Assembly (NCBI GenBank): GCA_965655095.1
Contig: OZ296652.1
Coordinates: 70,804,001-70,868,000 of the forward strand
Source: Haplodiscus bocki
Lineage: Eukaryota
Length of the DNA: 64,000 bases
Direction: 5' to 3'
Shown here: in pieces, positions 35,286 through 47,599 of the stretch
Layout: every line of letters starts with the position of its first letter
Position numbering within the stretch: the first letter of the stretch is position 1
The notes under the pieces: model-generated
What the model saw: only the letters and a program-made list of their open reading frames with translations
The model's database searches: none
What the model was told of the DNA's origin: nothing
Position numbers and translations under genes: made by a program

Positions 35286-36086
35286 TCTTGCCAACAGGCG
35301 CTAAAGTATTGTCGAATCGACCAAACCTCTTCTCTAATAATTGTTATGCGAGAAAGCTACAACCTCTGTTTTGGCGACAAGTAACGTAGCCTTCATTCTG
35401 CCATCAGAAGTAGCGGTAAAAGTAACGACACGAGCAGCGTGTGCTTTTTCTGAAGCATTGTTGAGGTGGATATCAATGGAGTTGGAGAATCCGTCCTTTG
35501 CAACAAAGCTTCACAATTGCAGTGCTCAATTGAGTGAATTTTGATGGCTGTGACATCTGAAAAATATACGTCATATTTATCTTTATGGAAAAATAGATGT
35601 AATTTCTATATACGAGTAATTAAACTTTCGTTGAATGTTAAATTACTTTGTTGTTTATGTATGAGTTATGATTTAGCTGAAGTACCTGAAGAGGAATTTG
35701 GAGCAATCAACAACCTAACTAAACGAGTACTCACAAACAGAAACGATTGTCTACAAACAGAGCACCCTTTTACTCAGAGGATACTTCCGACTAAAGAAAT
35801 GGATTCTACTTGAAAATTTAAACTTTAATAGTTGTTTACATACATAATCATCGTACATAAATATTTTATTGAAGTATCTGAAAGAAATCAGAAAACAACA
35901 GATTGAGAACAGGAAAAACTGGATAGATACAAGTTCTTAATTGTCTTAATTCAGTCTTGAATATACCGGCAGAAGGGTTTGCTAGTCTACTAATTTAATT
36001 TTGAAAGAAGGTAGAAATTCTCAACCGTTGATTTTTGTTTCTTATTGGTTAATGATTCAGATTTGTATGTCACTAATCAGTATCCA

Positions 36087-38705
36087 ATGAGTTGTGACAG
36101 CGAAGACAACTTGGTCCTTGGCGTCGTGGGAGACTTGTGTGAAGACTCGGAGATACTACAAGCCGCTCGAATTCTTGGGTTGAAGTACAAATTAATTCCT
36201 GATGTCAGAGAGCATCATTGTGAAGAAGATGTTTACGTTGTTCCATCTTTCGATTCTACCCAGTACAAAACCCTTCGTCACTTGAAAATTAACAAAATTA
36301 TAGGACCACCGGTTCTTCTGAGCAATGCAGCGACAAACCGTTTGGGTTTCGAGCCCCCAAGCAAACCCGTGTATTGTTTGGCAATGGATGGTGCAGTTGT
36401 ATGTGTTTCTGGCATCTACGAAGAATCAGAATGGAATCAACTGATGTCTTATGCTATTAAAATGGGTGCCCGTGTTAGATCTGAGGTTACTCTACAATGT
36501 ACGCATTTAGTTTCAGCTACAACTTATTCTGAAAAATATCGACTTGCAGTGAACTTTGGTTGTGAAATTTTATCCACGGAGTGGATTTATCAGTCCTGGG
36601 CCCAAAAAGATGAGCATTTGTTCTCCGCAACAGACAAAAGTTTTGTCACAAAATACAAACTGGCACCGTTTTACTATTGTAAATTAGCTATTTACGGGTT
36701 CGTAAAACAAGAAGCTGATCACATGCAAGAAATTGCTGTTGAGAACGGGGCGCAAATTGTTGACCCTGATGCTGCCGATTGTGAAGTTTTGGTGATAGAT
36801 GATGCAAGGATCAGTGCCCTTCCTGAAAACTTGGTCAGCGATAAGGCCAGCATCGCATTTGTTCGCGCGGAGTGGTTTTGGGTTAGTGTACAAATGCAAG
36901 TTTTTGCACGACCAGAGCAGTTTCCTTACATTGATAAAGTTGGCACCCCGTTGCTGCAAAAAGCCAAAACACCCCGTTCTGAGGGAGTTAATAATTCCAA
37001 TTCAAAGAAGACAAAGCGAAGGAGACTCCAAGATAATCTGACGTTGTTAGCTCAAGACAATGCCTCGCCAGTTTCTTCTATGGTTGCAAATTTTGAGGAA
37101 GCAAACGCTGGTTCTATAATAATTGATTCTCCTGATTGCAGCTCTGAAAAGTGTGATAAAAAGGCGGTCCCTATTACTCCGAAAAGTTTTTACAAAAACG
37201 ATGATACAATTGAGACATCAACACCAGATAAATTCTTAGTACCCAAAACTAAGCGACATGAAATTGTAATGGAACTATATCAAACGGAAACAAACTACTT
37301 GACTATTTTGCAAACAATCATCAAGGAATTCAAAGAGCAATTGGAATCGGAAGAAGCTGTGGGAAACTCTCTTATTGATCCTGAGAAACGAAAAATTATT
37401 TTTGATCGAATTCCAAATTTGTATGCTGTACACAGCAAAATTCAATCAAAACTGTTTTCCTCGGTTACTAACTGGAAAGAAGATATTTCGATTGGAAAAA
37501 TTTTCTTAGATGCAGCGGATGATTTACAGAAAACTTACCCCCCGTTTGTTAATTTTTTCGAAATTGCGAAAGAAACGCTTGAAGAATGCGATCGCACAAA
37601 GCCTCGATTTCATGCTTTTTTGAAAGTGCGAGCCACGAAACCTGAGTGTGGTAGACAAACCTTAAGTGACCTTTTCATTCGGCCCGTTCAGAGGTTGCCG
37701 AGTATTTTACTGCTCATGACAGATTTGTTGAAAAAGACTGACTCGGCTCATTGTGATCACAGCCCGTTAGAAGAGGCTTTGGAAAAACTAAAAAGAGTGA
37801 CTTCACACATAAACGAAGACAAGCGCAAAACTGAAAGTAGATTGGAGATGCTCAATATAGCGACTACCATTGAAAATATCCCAGCTACAATCATATCTTC
37901 CCATCGCCAGTTGATCATAAGTGTGGATGCTACTGAAGTAACTGATCAAATAACTTATCGACAAGAACAACTGTGTCTGTTTCTATTCTCTGATTGTTTA
38001 TTGGTGGCAAAGAAACGGCATAGAGCTTTGAAAAGTCCAGCTACTAAAACACCCCAACAGAAAAGTTACAAATACCAGGCTGTCATCAATCTTGGACAGG
38101 TTAAACGAGTAGTTGATGTCGAGTGCAATACAAATTTGCCTCCTTCAGTTTTTGGTGTAGTTTTCAAACCACAAAGTGAAACATGTGAGACACTATTTGC
38201 GTTTAGTCTTTCAGAAGAATACTGCAAAAGCGATTTTATCAAAAAGTTGGCAGAACAAACTAGCATCACTCAAATGAGGACTGATTCCGAAAATTTAATA
38301 ACAATAATGCCTGCTAGTGAATTGAATCTTGATGGCGTAGACGCAGTCAATACTTCTCTTACAAAAGCTATTTCAAAAGTGGCCAAGAAAACATCAATGA
38401 AGGTTTCACAAGCCTTGACAGGTAGTGCTGGGAAATCTGCTCCGGGGAAAGAAAACTATTGCCAAACGAGTATTCTTCAGAAGGGGTCTTCAGATATGTC
38501 TGTTGATGGTGTGTCGACCACTCCCATTAGGAGCAGCAGCAGAGGTTTCATGTTCAGCAAAAAGTTGATGAGCACTCTGGATTTAACAAGTGTTCCCAAT
38601 TCTTCTAGAGAGGATAAAATGGAATACAGAAAACGGACACTGCCCGACCGATCCTCGACAATGGCTGAAAGTTCTGTGTCGTTGTCTAGAAATAACTTTC
38701 GCTGA
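36087..38705 (+). CDS. ECT2: Protein ECT2/Pebble RhoGEF (BRCT repeats - DH - PH), single open frame of 872 aa from the first ATG
   Basis: IIGPPVL; BRCT MGARVRSEVTLQCTHLV...EWIYQSW; second BRCT ...VRAEWFWVSVQM; NLS KKTKRRR; DH RHEIVMELYQTETNY...YPPFVNFFE...KPECGRQTLSDLFIRPVQRLPSILLL...HINEDKRKTE; PH LFLFSDCLLVAKKR; several S/T-P sites. Confidence 0.96.
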   Translation: MSCDSEDNLVLGVVGDLCEDSEILQAARILGLKYKLIPDVREHHCEEDVYVVPSFDSTQYKTLRHLKINKIIGPPVLLSNAATNRLGFEPPSKPVYCLAMDGAVVCVSGIYEESEWNQLMSYAIKMGARVRSEVTLQCTHLVSATTYSEKYRLAVNFGCEILSTEWIYQSWAQKDEHLFSATDKSFVTKYKLAPFYYCKLAIYGFVKQEADHMQEIAVENGAQIVDPDAADCEVLVIDDARISALPENLVSDKASIAFVRAEWFWVSVQMQVFARPEQFPYIDKVGTPLLQKAKTPRSEGVNNSNSKKTKRRRLQDNLTLLAQDNASPVSSMVANFEEANAGSIIIDSPDCSSEKCDKKAVPITPKSFYKNDDTIETSTPDKFLVPKTKRHEIVMELYQTETNYLTILQTIIKEFKEQLESEEAVGNSLIDPEKRKIIFDRIPNLYAVHSKIQSKLFSSVTNWKEDISIGKIFLDAADDLQKTYPPFVNFFEIAKETLEECDRTKPRFHAFLKVRATKPECGRQTLSDLFIRPVQRLPSILLLMTDLLKKTDSAHCDHSPLEEALEKLKRVTSHINEDKRKTESRLEMLNIATTIENIPATIISSHRQLIISVDATEVTDQITYRQEQLCLFLFSDCLLVAKKRHRALKSPATKTPQQKSYKYQAVINLGQVKRVVDVECNTNLPPSVFGVVFKPQSETCETLFAFSLSEEYCKSDFIKKLAEQTSITQMRTDSENLITIMPASELNLDGVDAVNTSLTKAISKVAKKTSMKVSQALTGSAGKSAPGKENYCQTSILQKGSSDMSVDGVSTTPIRSSSRGFMFSKKLMSTLDLTSVPNSSREDKMEYRKRTLPDRSSTMAESSVSLSRNNFR

Positions 38706-41700
38706 CTCGAAGACTGATCAGCGTTAATGATCGAAACTGACAATTCTTCAGATTAAATTTTAGATAGAATTTCAGGGAAACGATCGAAATATCAACCAAC
38801 CATTTTGCAATTATTTGTGAAAATATTCTTTCTGGATGATAAGAATTGTGAATTCTTCGAACTTGTGTAAATCATGATTTGCTACAGCCGAACTGAGGTT
38901 CGTGCTTGAATTGAAAGTCAACAGTAACATGATAGGTGATTTAATTGTTGTAGTTAATCGATGTTACCAAAGTTGCGTACAGATCAAGCATTGTTATGTT
39001 TTTGATAATTTTGTTAAACGTGTTGACGTTGTTTGGTTCCACTTGGTGATAAGTGTCACCTTTCAGCATTTTAGTGTGTGAAAAAAGCTCAAATGGTGCA
39101 ACTCGTCATAGTCAATTCACTGCATCTTTTAATTTTTGGATTCATTTAATTCAATAACGTTGTGCAATATTATGAATAATTGATAGTTTGTTTTAGCCAC
39201 CAATCCTTTCACTTTTGCAATAAGTACTTCTAGAATGGAGGACATAAAGGAAAGAGGAATTCCCCAAGTGATCAGTTACTGACAAAATGACTTTTTTCTA
39301 AATGAAATGAATTCTTGAACAAAACTACCATCCCTACCCGCATTAAGCCAAGCACACCGCAGTCAGCTCTTCCCGTGAAATGAACAGAGAAATTTTGTAT
39401 AACAAACCGAAATTTTGCCAAAATAAAGCCATTTTTCTGCTGATTTTTTTCTGACTGTGCCGAAGATGTCGTAGGTGGCCGTATTTTCTTGAACTGAATA
39501 TCGAACATTTTTTTTTCCAATTTAAAAATGAGTTTCAGGAAAACATTCTTCTTTTGAAGCTAACAAACCGCCAGCTAAATACGGTCAACCTTTGTTTTTT
39601 GTCGTATTGTTAACAAATCGCCCAAGATGATAATGGAATGAATCTAGCCAAAGTCAGGTAGAATCTGGGCTAGTGGTTAATGACGACGTCCATGGCGATT
39701 GGTTGGTTATATTACGACCGTCCGAGGTCGAATTTCATCTCCACCAATTTCTGCGCTCGATATTTCCTTTTTTTTCAATTTGGCATATTTTCCTTGAAAT
39801 TGGGCTCAATGAAAGTGGTTTTTTTTCTGCTTTCGAAGAAAATCTGGAACTTTTTTCTGCCTTGAAACTTTCTGAATTTTTTCTTTCGCCGAGACTTCAA
39901 TTTGGTATAGAAAAGTTTTACATTATTTTCGACATTGAGCCAAAATTTTGATCGTTAGAATGAAATATGCTATTTTCGGCCGAGTTTTCGCTATTTCCCC
40001 TACCTCGTTAAATTTTTCGTGTGGGAATTTCGTAAATTTTCATACAGAAATAGCTTTTGTAGCTGCATTTGGTGCAACTTTCACTGTTTTGCCGTTTGGT
40101 TAATCGTCTGAACTCTTCGTGCAGCTTCATCAGTGAAAACGTTGAGTTGCCAGAATTCCAAATGTGGGAAACGTGTGTCAAAATATTGTTTTTCGTTTTT
40201 CAAAGTACGCCGAAATTGAGCTGGTTTCCTGATTTTTTTTTGCAATTTTGATTCAATTATCAACTTTTAGCTGCGTGTCTAGACAAATACAACAGGAAGT
40301 ACAACTGTAGTCAAAGTCAGTAAAGCTGGGTTTTTTGGGGGATTTCAAGTGGCATTCTTCATGCTATATAAATGGCAAGAATAGCTAATATCGTCTTACC
40401 TGAAATTTTGCACTTTCGCCTTCGTTATCAGCCATCTTGCCATTAGGCCAAACTAGTATAATACAGACACACAAGTATGGCAATGTACAGAAAGAATATC
40501 AAATCTGTTCTTCAGGCAAGTTTTTCGGTGATTTGAAGTAAAAAAAAATAGCTAGTTTTTCTACATTTTTGGAACTTTCGCTCGATTGCTTTCTAATTTT
40601 GTTTTTCAGTTACGAGCTAAATAAACACCAATACGACAGAACATCGTTCAATTATCCATGAGTTACTAAATTTTTTTCTAGAAAATGGTCGTTCTCGGCG
40701 TTCTTAATCCACCAAAATAACTAATTTCACATTTTTCGCTCATTTCTGGTCGTTTGCTTTCCAATTCATTTTTGAGACTACGGATTGAGCTCAATTTCTT
40801 AATTGAATCTCGATATTTTTTTCTGACTGTCAAAAATTCCTTTGGGAAAGGTACTTTTTTTGCGAAAGATACAGTTTTAATCGGCCTTTTGGCCACAATT
40901 GCTTTAGATAAGGCTCAAAGCGAAAAGTTTTTGCTATAAATCCTTCAAGCTGAATGTAAGGTATTCTACTCTCAGCCATTAGTTACCTGGCGCTTATCTG
41001 TGCTATGGTTTTTATTAAAGAAACCTTACATGTAACAAAGTTTGCTTTTTATGGAAGTTCGTATGCTTTTTCACAGTTAAAAAGCTGTAATGTTCAACAA
41101 AAATCCCAGAAATGATTTTGAGACAATCTGGCGACTTTCGGCTTTTTTTAACTATGGTAGATTTTCGTTTGATAATTTTTGATAATTTGGGAAATGTTCA
41201 TATATTTTTTCGACAGCTTATTACCGGTATTTATGGTTAGTGCTTTTCGGATACTCATTTTTACCAGCTTTGCAAAGCTCTACGTCGCCTCTGTGCTACA
41301 CTTCTATATACATCTACTAGAATTGACTGATTTAATTAAATTTGTGAACAAGTTTAATCATTAGTATTCGTAGTACCGTGGCTCCTTTAAAAATCGATTA
41401 TAATTTTCATGTACTGGAACATTCAATTTGTTCGCCGGTTTTTTTCCGTTGGCGCATGTTTTGCGAAGCGCAGCTTTGCTTTTGTGTAAAATTACTGTCG
41501 CCAACTTGTATATTTTCTTAATGTGAATTTTCAACGTCAGGATAGTGAAATTATATCAAAATATTTGAATTCACAAATTTCGATGAGGGAATCCGCTCAA
41601 AATATCGTAGAAAATAGCTATTTTCCCATAGTATTTTGTAATGGCTTTATGATGAAAATTTTTTGATGTGCTTAGTGGTTTCTTGAATACTCGTGTTAGA

Positions 41701-41829
41701 ATGTCAGGGTTACATTTCTGATCAATTCTGAGTTTGATGAGTTTTTCAGATTTGTGAACAGAAATGGCGCCATCATTTTCACTTTTTGCGTGTTCGTAGT
41801 CAACACTTAACAGTGAAGACGTGTGTAGC

Positions 41830-42282
41830 ATGGAAGAGATGTCATCTCATAGCGACGATGAGAATCTGGAAATATCGTCTCGAAGTGGATCTGTATTGGA
41901 TGAATCCCCAGCACCGACTCCGGATCTTGAGCCAACTGGAGCAGGCCAAGACCCACTAGACTCGGGGGCTTTCCCAGATGATATTTCCGAGGACAACCTT
42001 CCTGCATCCGATGATCTTGTAGTGCCATTTGATAGGATAAAGTCAGTGCCCAACTTCTCGGTGCATCCTTCTAGAGAAGCGGAAGCCATGATGCATAGAT
42101 GTTCAATTGATGCTTCTGAAGCACCTTCGACTTCTGCCGGCAGTAAAGAGCAGACATCGAAAGCGGGAACATTGACCAGTAGCAATAGCAGTCGAAAGCA
42201 GTTGCCGTGGGACAACATGCAACAATGGCTTTATTGTGTTGTTATTGTTACGTTTGATGTGGAACTTGGGCAAACCATAGAA
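41830..42282 (+). CDS. DENND6: DENND6 (FAM116) Rab GEF, coding exon 1
   Basis: ATG 41830; acidic N-terminal extension then LPWDNMQQWLYCVVIVTFDVELGQTIE; donor GTATGT. Confidence 0.88.
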
Positions 42283-42855
42283 GTATGTAATGCATCTGTA
42301 TCACACGTCTATCGAAATATATTATGTACAGAAATTTAAAACTAGAGGTCAGTATAAAATTACATCGTCTAGAAATTTCAAAATATATTAAAGGAGTAAA
42401 AAGAACAAAATAAAATAATGCTATCGCCACATTCACAGATAATCTATACTGAGAAAAGTTGTTTACCTTATAGACTTTCACAGAGTATTTTTTGAGGACA
42501 TTAGCCCCACTTCGAATTGGCTTTGTATTCGAGAAAACTTGCAGATATTAGTGAAGTTTATGATTTCTATCCCCAAAAATCATATTCTGTGAAGGACAGT
42601 CTTCCTTCTTCAATGATCGAACTAAATGAGGCGTCGACATACGTATTATTTTTCGTAAAACTAAGGATGATGCAGTTACTTATTTTACTTGATCCAGATT
42701 AAGGGATGAAACATGCTGATAAGACTGCTAATATTCCATTTTTGGCGCGAAACTTAAAAACTCTCACCTCACAGGAAAATTAAAAACCCATTAATTTGGA
42801 GTTTAGTCTAAAATCTATAGCTTCATCGGTATCGTCTAAATTTTGTCTGTTTCAG

Positions 42856-42894
42856 CAAATTTACCCACCTCATATAGCTTTGGATGCTAAAGAA
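42856..42894 (+). CDS. DENND6: DENND6 exon 2
   Basis: tttcag|QIYPPHIALDAKE|gttagt, phase 0. Confidence 0.85.
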
Positions 42895-43476
42895 GTTAGT
42901 AGCTCTTGGTCTATTTTATAGGAATTGCATGAAGAGATATTGCAGAGGGTTATTGGAGTTAATTAATTACGGAGCTTAAGTTGGAATCTGAAGTTTCTGA
43001 AAAAGCTAACTCAGTTCAATATGATTCTGTAATCTGTCTGATTCTCTGAGATCCGTTTTCATGGGGTCAGACAACCATCAGTTCTCTATTGAAATGTATT
43101 CTGATGAACATAACCTGTGAGTGTGCAATAGATCTTGAGCATAGCTTCTGCTAGAGCAAAAACATTTGTCTCTGTTTCATCAGCAAGTTAAATATGATAC
43201 CTCATTTTATTACCTCCAAAGTTTGCGCGAGAGTTCTAAATGATAGTTTTCAGTTAAACACATATGTGTAGTTTCACGAATAACAGTATACAACTACTTG
43301 TGCCTTTCCGCTTGTTATATCCGCGTTGAAATGAATTAAATTTACACGGTTAAAAATTTTTGTGTGAACTCAGAAACAAGTAGAATCGACCAGGGGTTTT
43401 GTCAAATTTCAATTAGAATTCGTCGAATATTCTCTGCAATACCAATACAACAAAAAGTTTACATTGCGTGTTTCAG

Positions 43477-43635
43477 AAGTCAAATATCTGTTTTTTATCC
43501 TTTCCTGATTCGAATTCTGGTTGTATGGGAGATACAATTTACTCCTTCAGAATACGTCACGCATCGCCCACTTTGAAACGACTCTCTAATCTACAGAAAC
43601 ATCACTTCAATGTATATGCTTTCAACAAATACCAG
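43477..43635 (+). CDS. DENND6: DENND6 exon 3
   Basis: tttcag|[27 protein letters not shown]...KYQ|gtgagc. Confidence 0.92.
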
Positions 43636-44290
43636 GTGAGCTTCTCAGCACACAGCTTGAATTTCTATCGTAAAGTTTGGTGAAAAACCCCTTGTCTCTT
43701 TTATAAAAGGTTGCAGTAGTCGAACTTTTTTAGAAGCTATTGTCAACTAATGAATTTGTTTTGTATTTAAATAGGAACATAAAGTGAGTAAATGTACCAT
43801 TGAACTTCAGAAATATCAACATTTCTATCGAAATTGTGGTTTATGTTTTGCTTTACAGACGTCTAAACGTCATTCTCTTCATCAGTGTCTATGAAATCTT
43901 CAATACCATCGAATGATTAGACAAAATCGCACTTCGTGTTTTTTTGTTTGGGTGCACTAGACTGCTCATTTTAAAGCTAATAGCTGCTTCAAAATGCAGA
44001 GATTTCAACCTTTGAAAATAAATAGATTAAAGGTAATTATAGCCGGAAATATGCCATTTGAAGCAACTACTTCAATAAATAAAATTCAAACTTCAATGAT
44101 TTTGATCCCAAATCTGTCTCTTTGCGGTGACGAATCAAAAATTTAGATAATTTTTGTCATCGAACTGTTACATTTTCTACCTTTTTCTTGTTACTGGTTA
44201 TAGTTCGGCTCTGGAAAGAAATCATTTCTCAGTTCCCCGTTTTTATGCTTCCTTTCATATGGCTAAAAGATTAATTGAATCTGATTTCAG

Positions 44291-44371
44291 GCATTTCAAG
44301 ATTATCTCTATGGGGCTGTGCATTTTAGACAACTCAAAGATGCAAATATTAAACGAGGTTATTTTCAAAAG
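44291..44371 (+). CDS. DENND6: DENND6 exon 4
   Basis: tttcag|AFQDYLYGAVHFRQLKDANIKRGYFQK|gttggt (not in the ORF track). Confidence 0.92.
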
Positions 44372-44561
44372 GTTGGTTTGTTTGCTTTTATGTTGGAAAA
44401 TGATAAATTCTGACAGCATGAAACTTTCTGTTAGAATGAACTTGATTAGAAAGTTTCTGATTCCTTGCTCTTTCTATCATTCTACTAGGAATAAAAAGAT
44501 GTATATCCAGTTTGTCGGATCATCTAAGTTGCATATTGAACAACTGAATTAATTGTTTTAG

Positions 44562-44747
44562 TCGGTTGTAGTTTTGTCGTCCTTGCCGTTTGTATCCTTG
44601 TGGCTGGAAGTAGTGCGTGTTGTAGCAGAAGACTTTTTCATTAATGCCGAAGTTTCATTAGAAGCTGCTTGCCATGACATTGATCAATGGCCGCTGCCCT
44701 TGCCAGGATCTCACTTGCAACTGCCGCTCATGGGAAATGTTTTCGAG
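44562..44747 (+). CDS. DENND6: DENND6 exon 5
   Basis: ttttag|SVVVLSSLPF...LEAACHDIDQWPLPLPG..LQLPLMGNVFE|gtgaga. Confidence 0.92.
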
Positions 44748-45205
44748 GTGAGATCACAGCCTGAAGTGAAGTTTGATCCAACATAACCACCACCAAATCT
44801 TGTTTAAAAACAAACTCATTTACCAACCATTTACTCTAAAAACCAAAACTCCGCGATTTCTACCAAGGGTCGGGTTTATATTGAGATCCAATACAAAATT
44901 GTTTTGCTGTCATTTAAGGCAGTGGTGTAATAAGGGAGTCAAACAAAATCAGATCCATCTAATTATCTCTGTGATGGAGTATCTCTCATATCATATTGTG
45001 CTGGTACTATGATCCTGTAAATAGGTAATAAAATATGATGTTTTACGCTGTAAGCGATCTGGTTTGATATGAAATCAGCCAAATCATTCCAAGTGAGCTC
45101 AGGTAGATAATAGATTACAAGTTCTGTTTTTGAATCTCAGGTTTCTGCACTCTGGATTGTAATGTGCACTTTGATAGATTCGGCCATGGTTCTTTTATTT
45201 GGCAG

Positions 45206-45418
45206 GTGACATTGCCCCAACAAGGTCAAATGACGTCACAGCATGGTCGTAGAGCAGTCGACGTGGGCTACAATGATGTAAGCCTGGCGCACAGACCAAG
45301 GGGAGATGAAAGAATTAGTAGAGTTCTGGGGTCTGTGGTGGACTTTGACCTCTTTCAATGCTTTGAAACTTTGCTGCCACATATTCAACTTATCTGGGAA
45401 CTTGTTCTTCTCGGCCAG
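45206..45418 (+). CDS. DENND6: DENND6 exon 6
   Basis: tggcag|VTLPQQ...DLFQCFETLLPHIQLIWELVLLGQ|gttaaa. Confidence 0.9.
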
Positions 45419-45538
45419 GTTAAAGTTTATGCCGTACCTTTCAATGCATGGGCATTATATACATCAAAGTAAATGCATATTTTCGTAAAGAATGATATTT
45501 AGAAATTTTGGAGCACTTGTATAAACTATATATTTTAG

Positions 45539-45600
45539 CCAATTGTCGTTATGGGGCCATCTCCTGATGTGACATCCAAGATGGTGTATGCTTTGACTAG
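45539..45600 (+). CDS. DENND6: DENND6 exon 7
   Basis: ttttag|PIVVMGPSPDVTSKMVYALT(S)|gtgagt, phase 2, compatible with exon 8. Confidence 0.9.
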
Positions 45601-46104
45601 GTGAGTTTGAATTCCTTTCCCATGTCATATTCTTACCTCTTCCTATCTTCGTCAACATTAATCGAATCTTGTAGAAAAATTTTCGAGACACTGTGGTTTT
45701 ATTTCTTCCTGAATGGGAACGATAATGCGCAAGAAAGGTATCCGCAGTATTGCAATTCTTTCGTGAAACCCATAATTTAACACTATGTTCTAGTCAATAG
45801 TAGAAAGAAGTCAATTTTGGTATCAAATCTCACATAAATAGTATATTCGAGCAATCTTTTTAGGCATTAAATGAAACTTAATTCCTATACAGTGTGATTT
45901 CGTCCACATTCGGACTGGAAGAAAGAATGTGTATTGGACTCCGGTTGAGGTGTATTTTTTTATCCTGTCCAAAACTTGCATTTTGTGACGTCATCAGAGA
46001 GTCTAGTCGACGTTTAGTGTAAACGGTCAAAAATGGTCTCTTTGGCAGGTACTTGTTCATTTTTGCATTATTTACAAAGCAAATCTCTTAAAATTTAGTG
46101 AAAA

Positions 46105-46447
46105 AATGGCGTAACCTGAGAAACACGACTGAAATATCAATGTGAGCAGTGTATTCGATGTGCCCAAGAAAACGTTAAATGTCAAAATTTTGAGATCCCA
46201 AAATGGTTAAAATTGGTAAACAAAACATCGGAAATTCTTTCAGGTCGGCATGCGTGAATCTTTTAAACATTGGCTGCATAATGGCGAATCTAAAAAGGCG
46301 TGATTGACAGATCAAATTGTCGAGTATTAGACACTGTGACTGCTAATTGTCTCAATTCGACTTTTTTGAACAATCCTTTTTATCTTTTTTATCCCTGATT
46401 AGAACTGACAAGTCAGAATATGGTGCGAAGTTCCACTTCGCATCTGT
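46105..46447 (+). repeat. Dispersed direct repeat, partner at 50247-50495
   Basis: Shared aaatggcgtaacctga... start and ...actgacaagtcagaat.tg.tgcgaagttcc..ttcgc.tctgt end. Confidence 0.65.
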
Positions 46448-47599
46448 CAAAATTCCCAAAACTTAACGAGCGTTTAGTAAATATATAATTGAGCTAGTGG
46501 GATGAAATTTGGATAGGTACTGGAAATTGGGGCTCTTCTTCATTTTTCGAATAAATTTGAGCCAATCGAAACCAAACGCACCCCTTTTCCCAAAAACGCC
46601 ACTTTTCGAACAATAAAGCGAAAATCGCCTTGAAATTGTTGTAAACTCAGCACTTAAAGCGCTCCATAAATGGAGATTTCACAACTGTTAACCACTCTTT
46701 TAATGTTGATTCGTTTGAAAAACCCCTAAGTCATACGAAAATAATCATCTTTCTCGGACACTTGAGAAGCTGAAAAGATACCGTTCTTTTTGAAAAAAAC
46801 AGGTCATGGCTTTCAAGCCTTTTCCCATTTGGGGAGCTGTCGAGCAAAAAGGATTTCCACCCAATTGTTGTTGTTTTCGAGGAAGTTTTTTATTAAAATG
46901 TTTCGATTCGTCGAGTTTGTTATTTTTGTTAAAAAAAATCACAGATTGAACGAAAGAGGCCATCAAAATAAATTTCTCAGATCGACAGATTTTCGGGAAA
47001 GAATTTTCGTTGTTTTCGGTTGTGTCATTTTTTCCTTAAGTTTTGTATCACCGCCGTTTATGAAAAGATTGGCAAAGGTGGTTTTTAAGCCCGATGCAAA
47101 ACTGTCCCCAGGAACTCTTGTGTCGCGCATTTTATTCTACGTCAGAGTTCTCAAAAGTTTTCGTTTTAGAAAACTGTCTTTCCGGAAGTTTCCTGGTTTA
47201 CACGCGCACAAGCAAGTGTTAAACCACAGGCTTTGGCTTTTTCCTGATCCGTTCGCAACTCGCTTTGTGCCTACATTCAATTCTTGCTTAGATTTTGTTC
47301 TTGCGCTCTCGCTCTCTTGCAGAAATTTTTTCATGCGGTCTTGCGCATTTGTGAAATTGTGTTCATGTAGCCTCGTCTCCGGCATGCGCGCTTGTTTTAC
47401 ATTTCTGAACAATTAACTGAGGTAATTGAATTTCTGTTTGTTTTATTCAGTTATTTGTTGTACCGTAGTGCCTTCAGAAGTCAGTTTCACTTGTTCGTTC
47501 CAATCACTATATTCCTGTTGGTGAAAGTTTCCTGAAACCCAGCTTCATCTCTGTGTGTCAACAAATGTTTTCCTGAAAGTTAGCAACGTTTAGAAGAGT

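Noticed and set aside
35365-35600. TGGCGACAAG PBS-like motif followed by a vaguely gag-like peptide
   Set aside because: No LTR pair or downstream pol; too short and degenerate to support.
36684-38743. Short alternative-frame and antisense ORFs overlapping ECT2
   Set aside because: Expected by chance within a long coding region; no independent evidence.
46790-47416. 208-aa Phe/Lys-rich ORF in the DENND6 intron
   Set aside because: Composition reflects T-rich repeat DNA, it starts at TTG, and part of it matches a dispersed repeat near 54460-54590.
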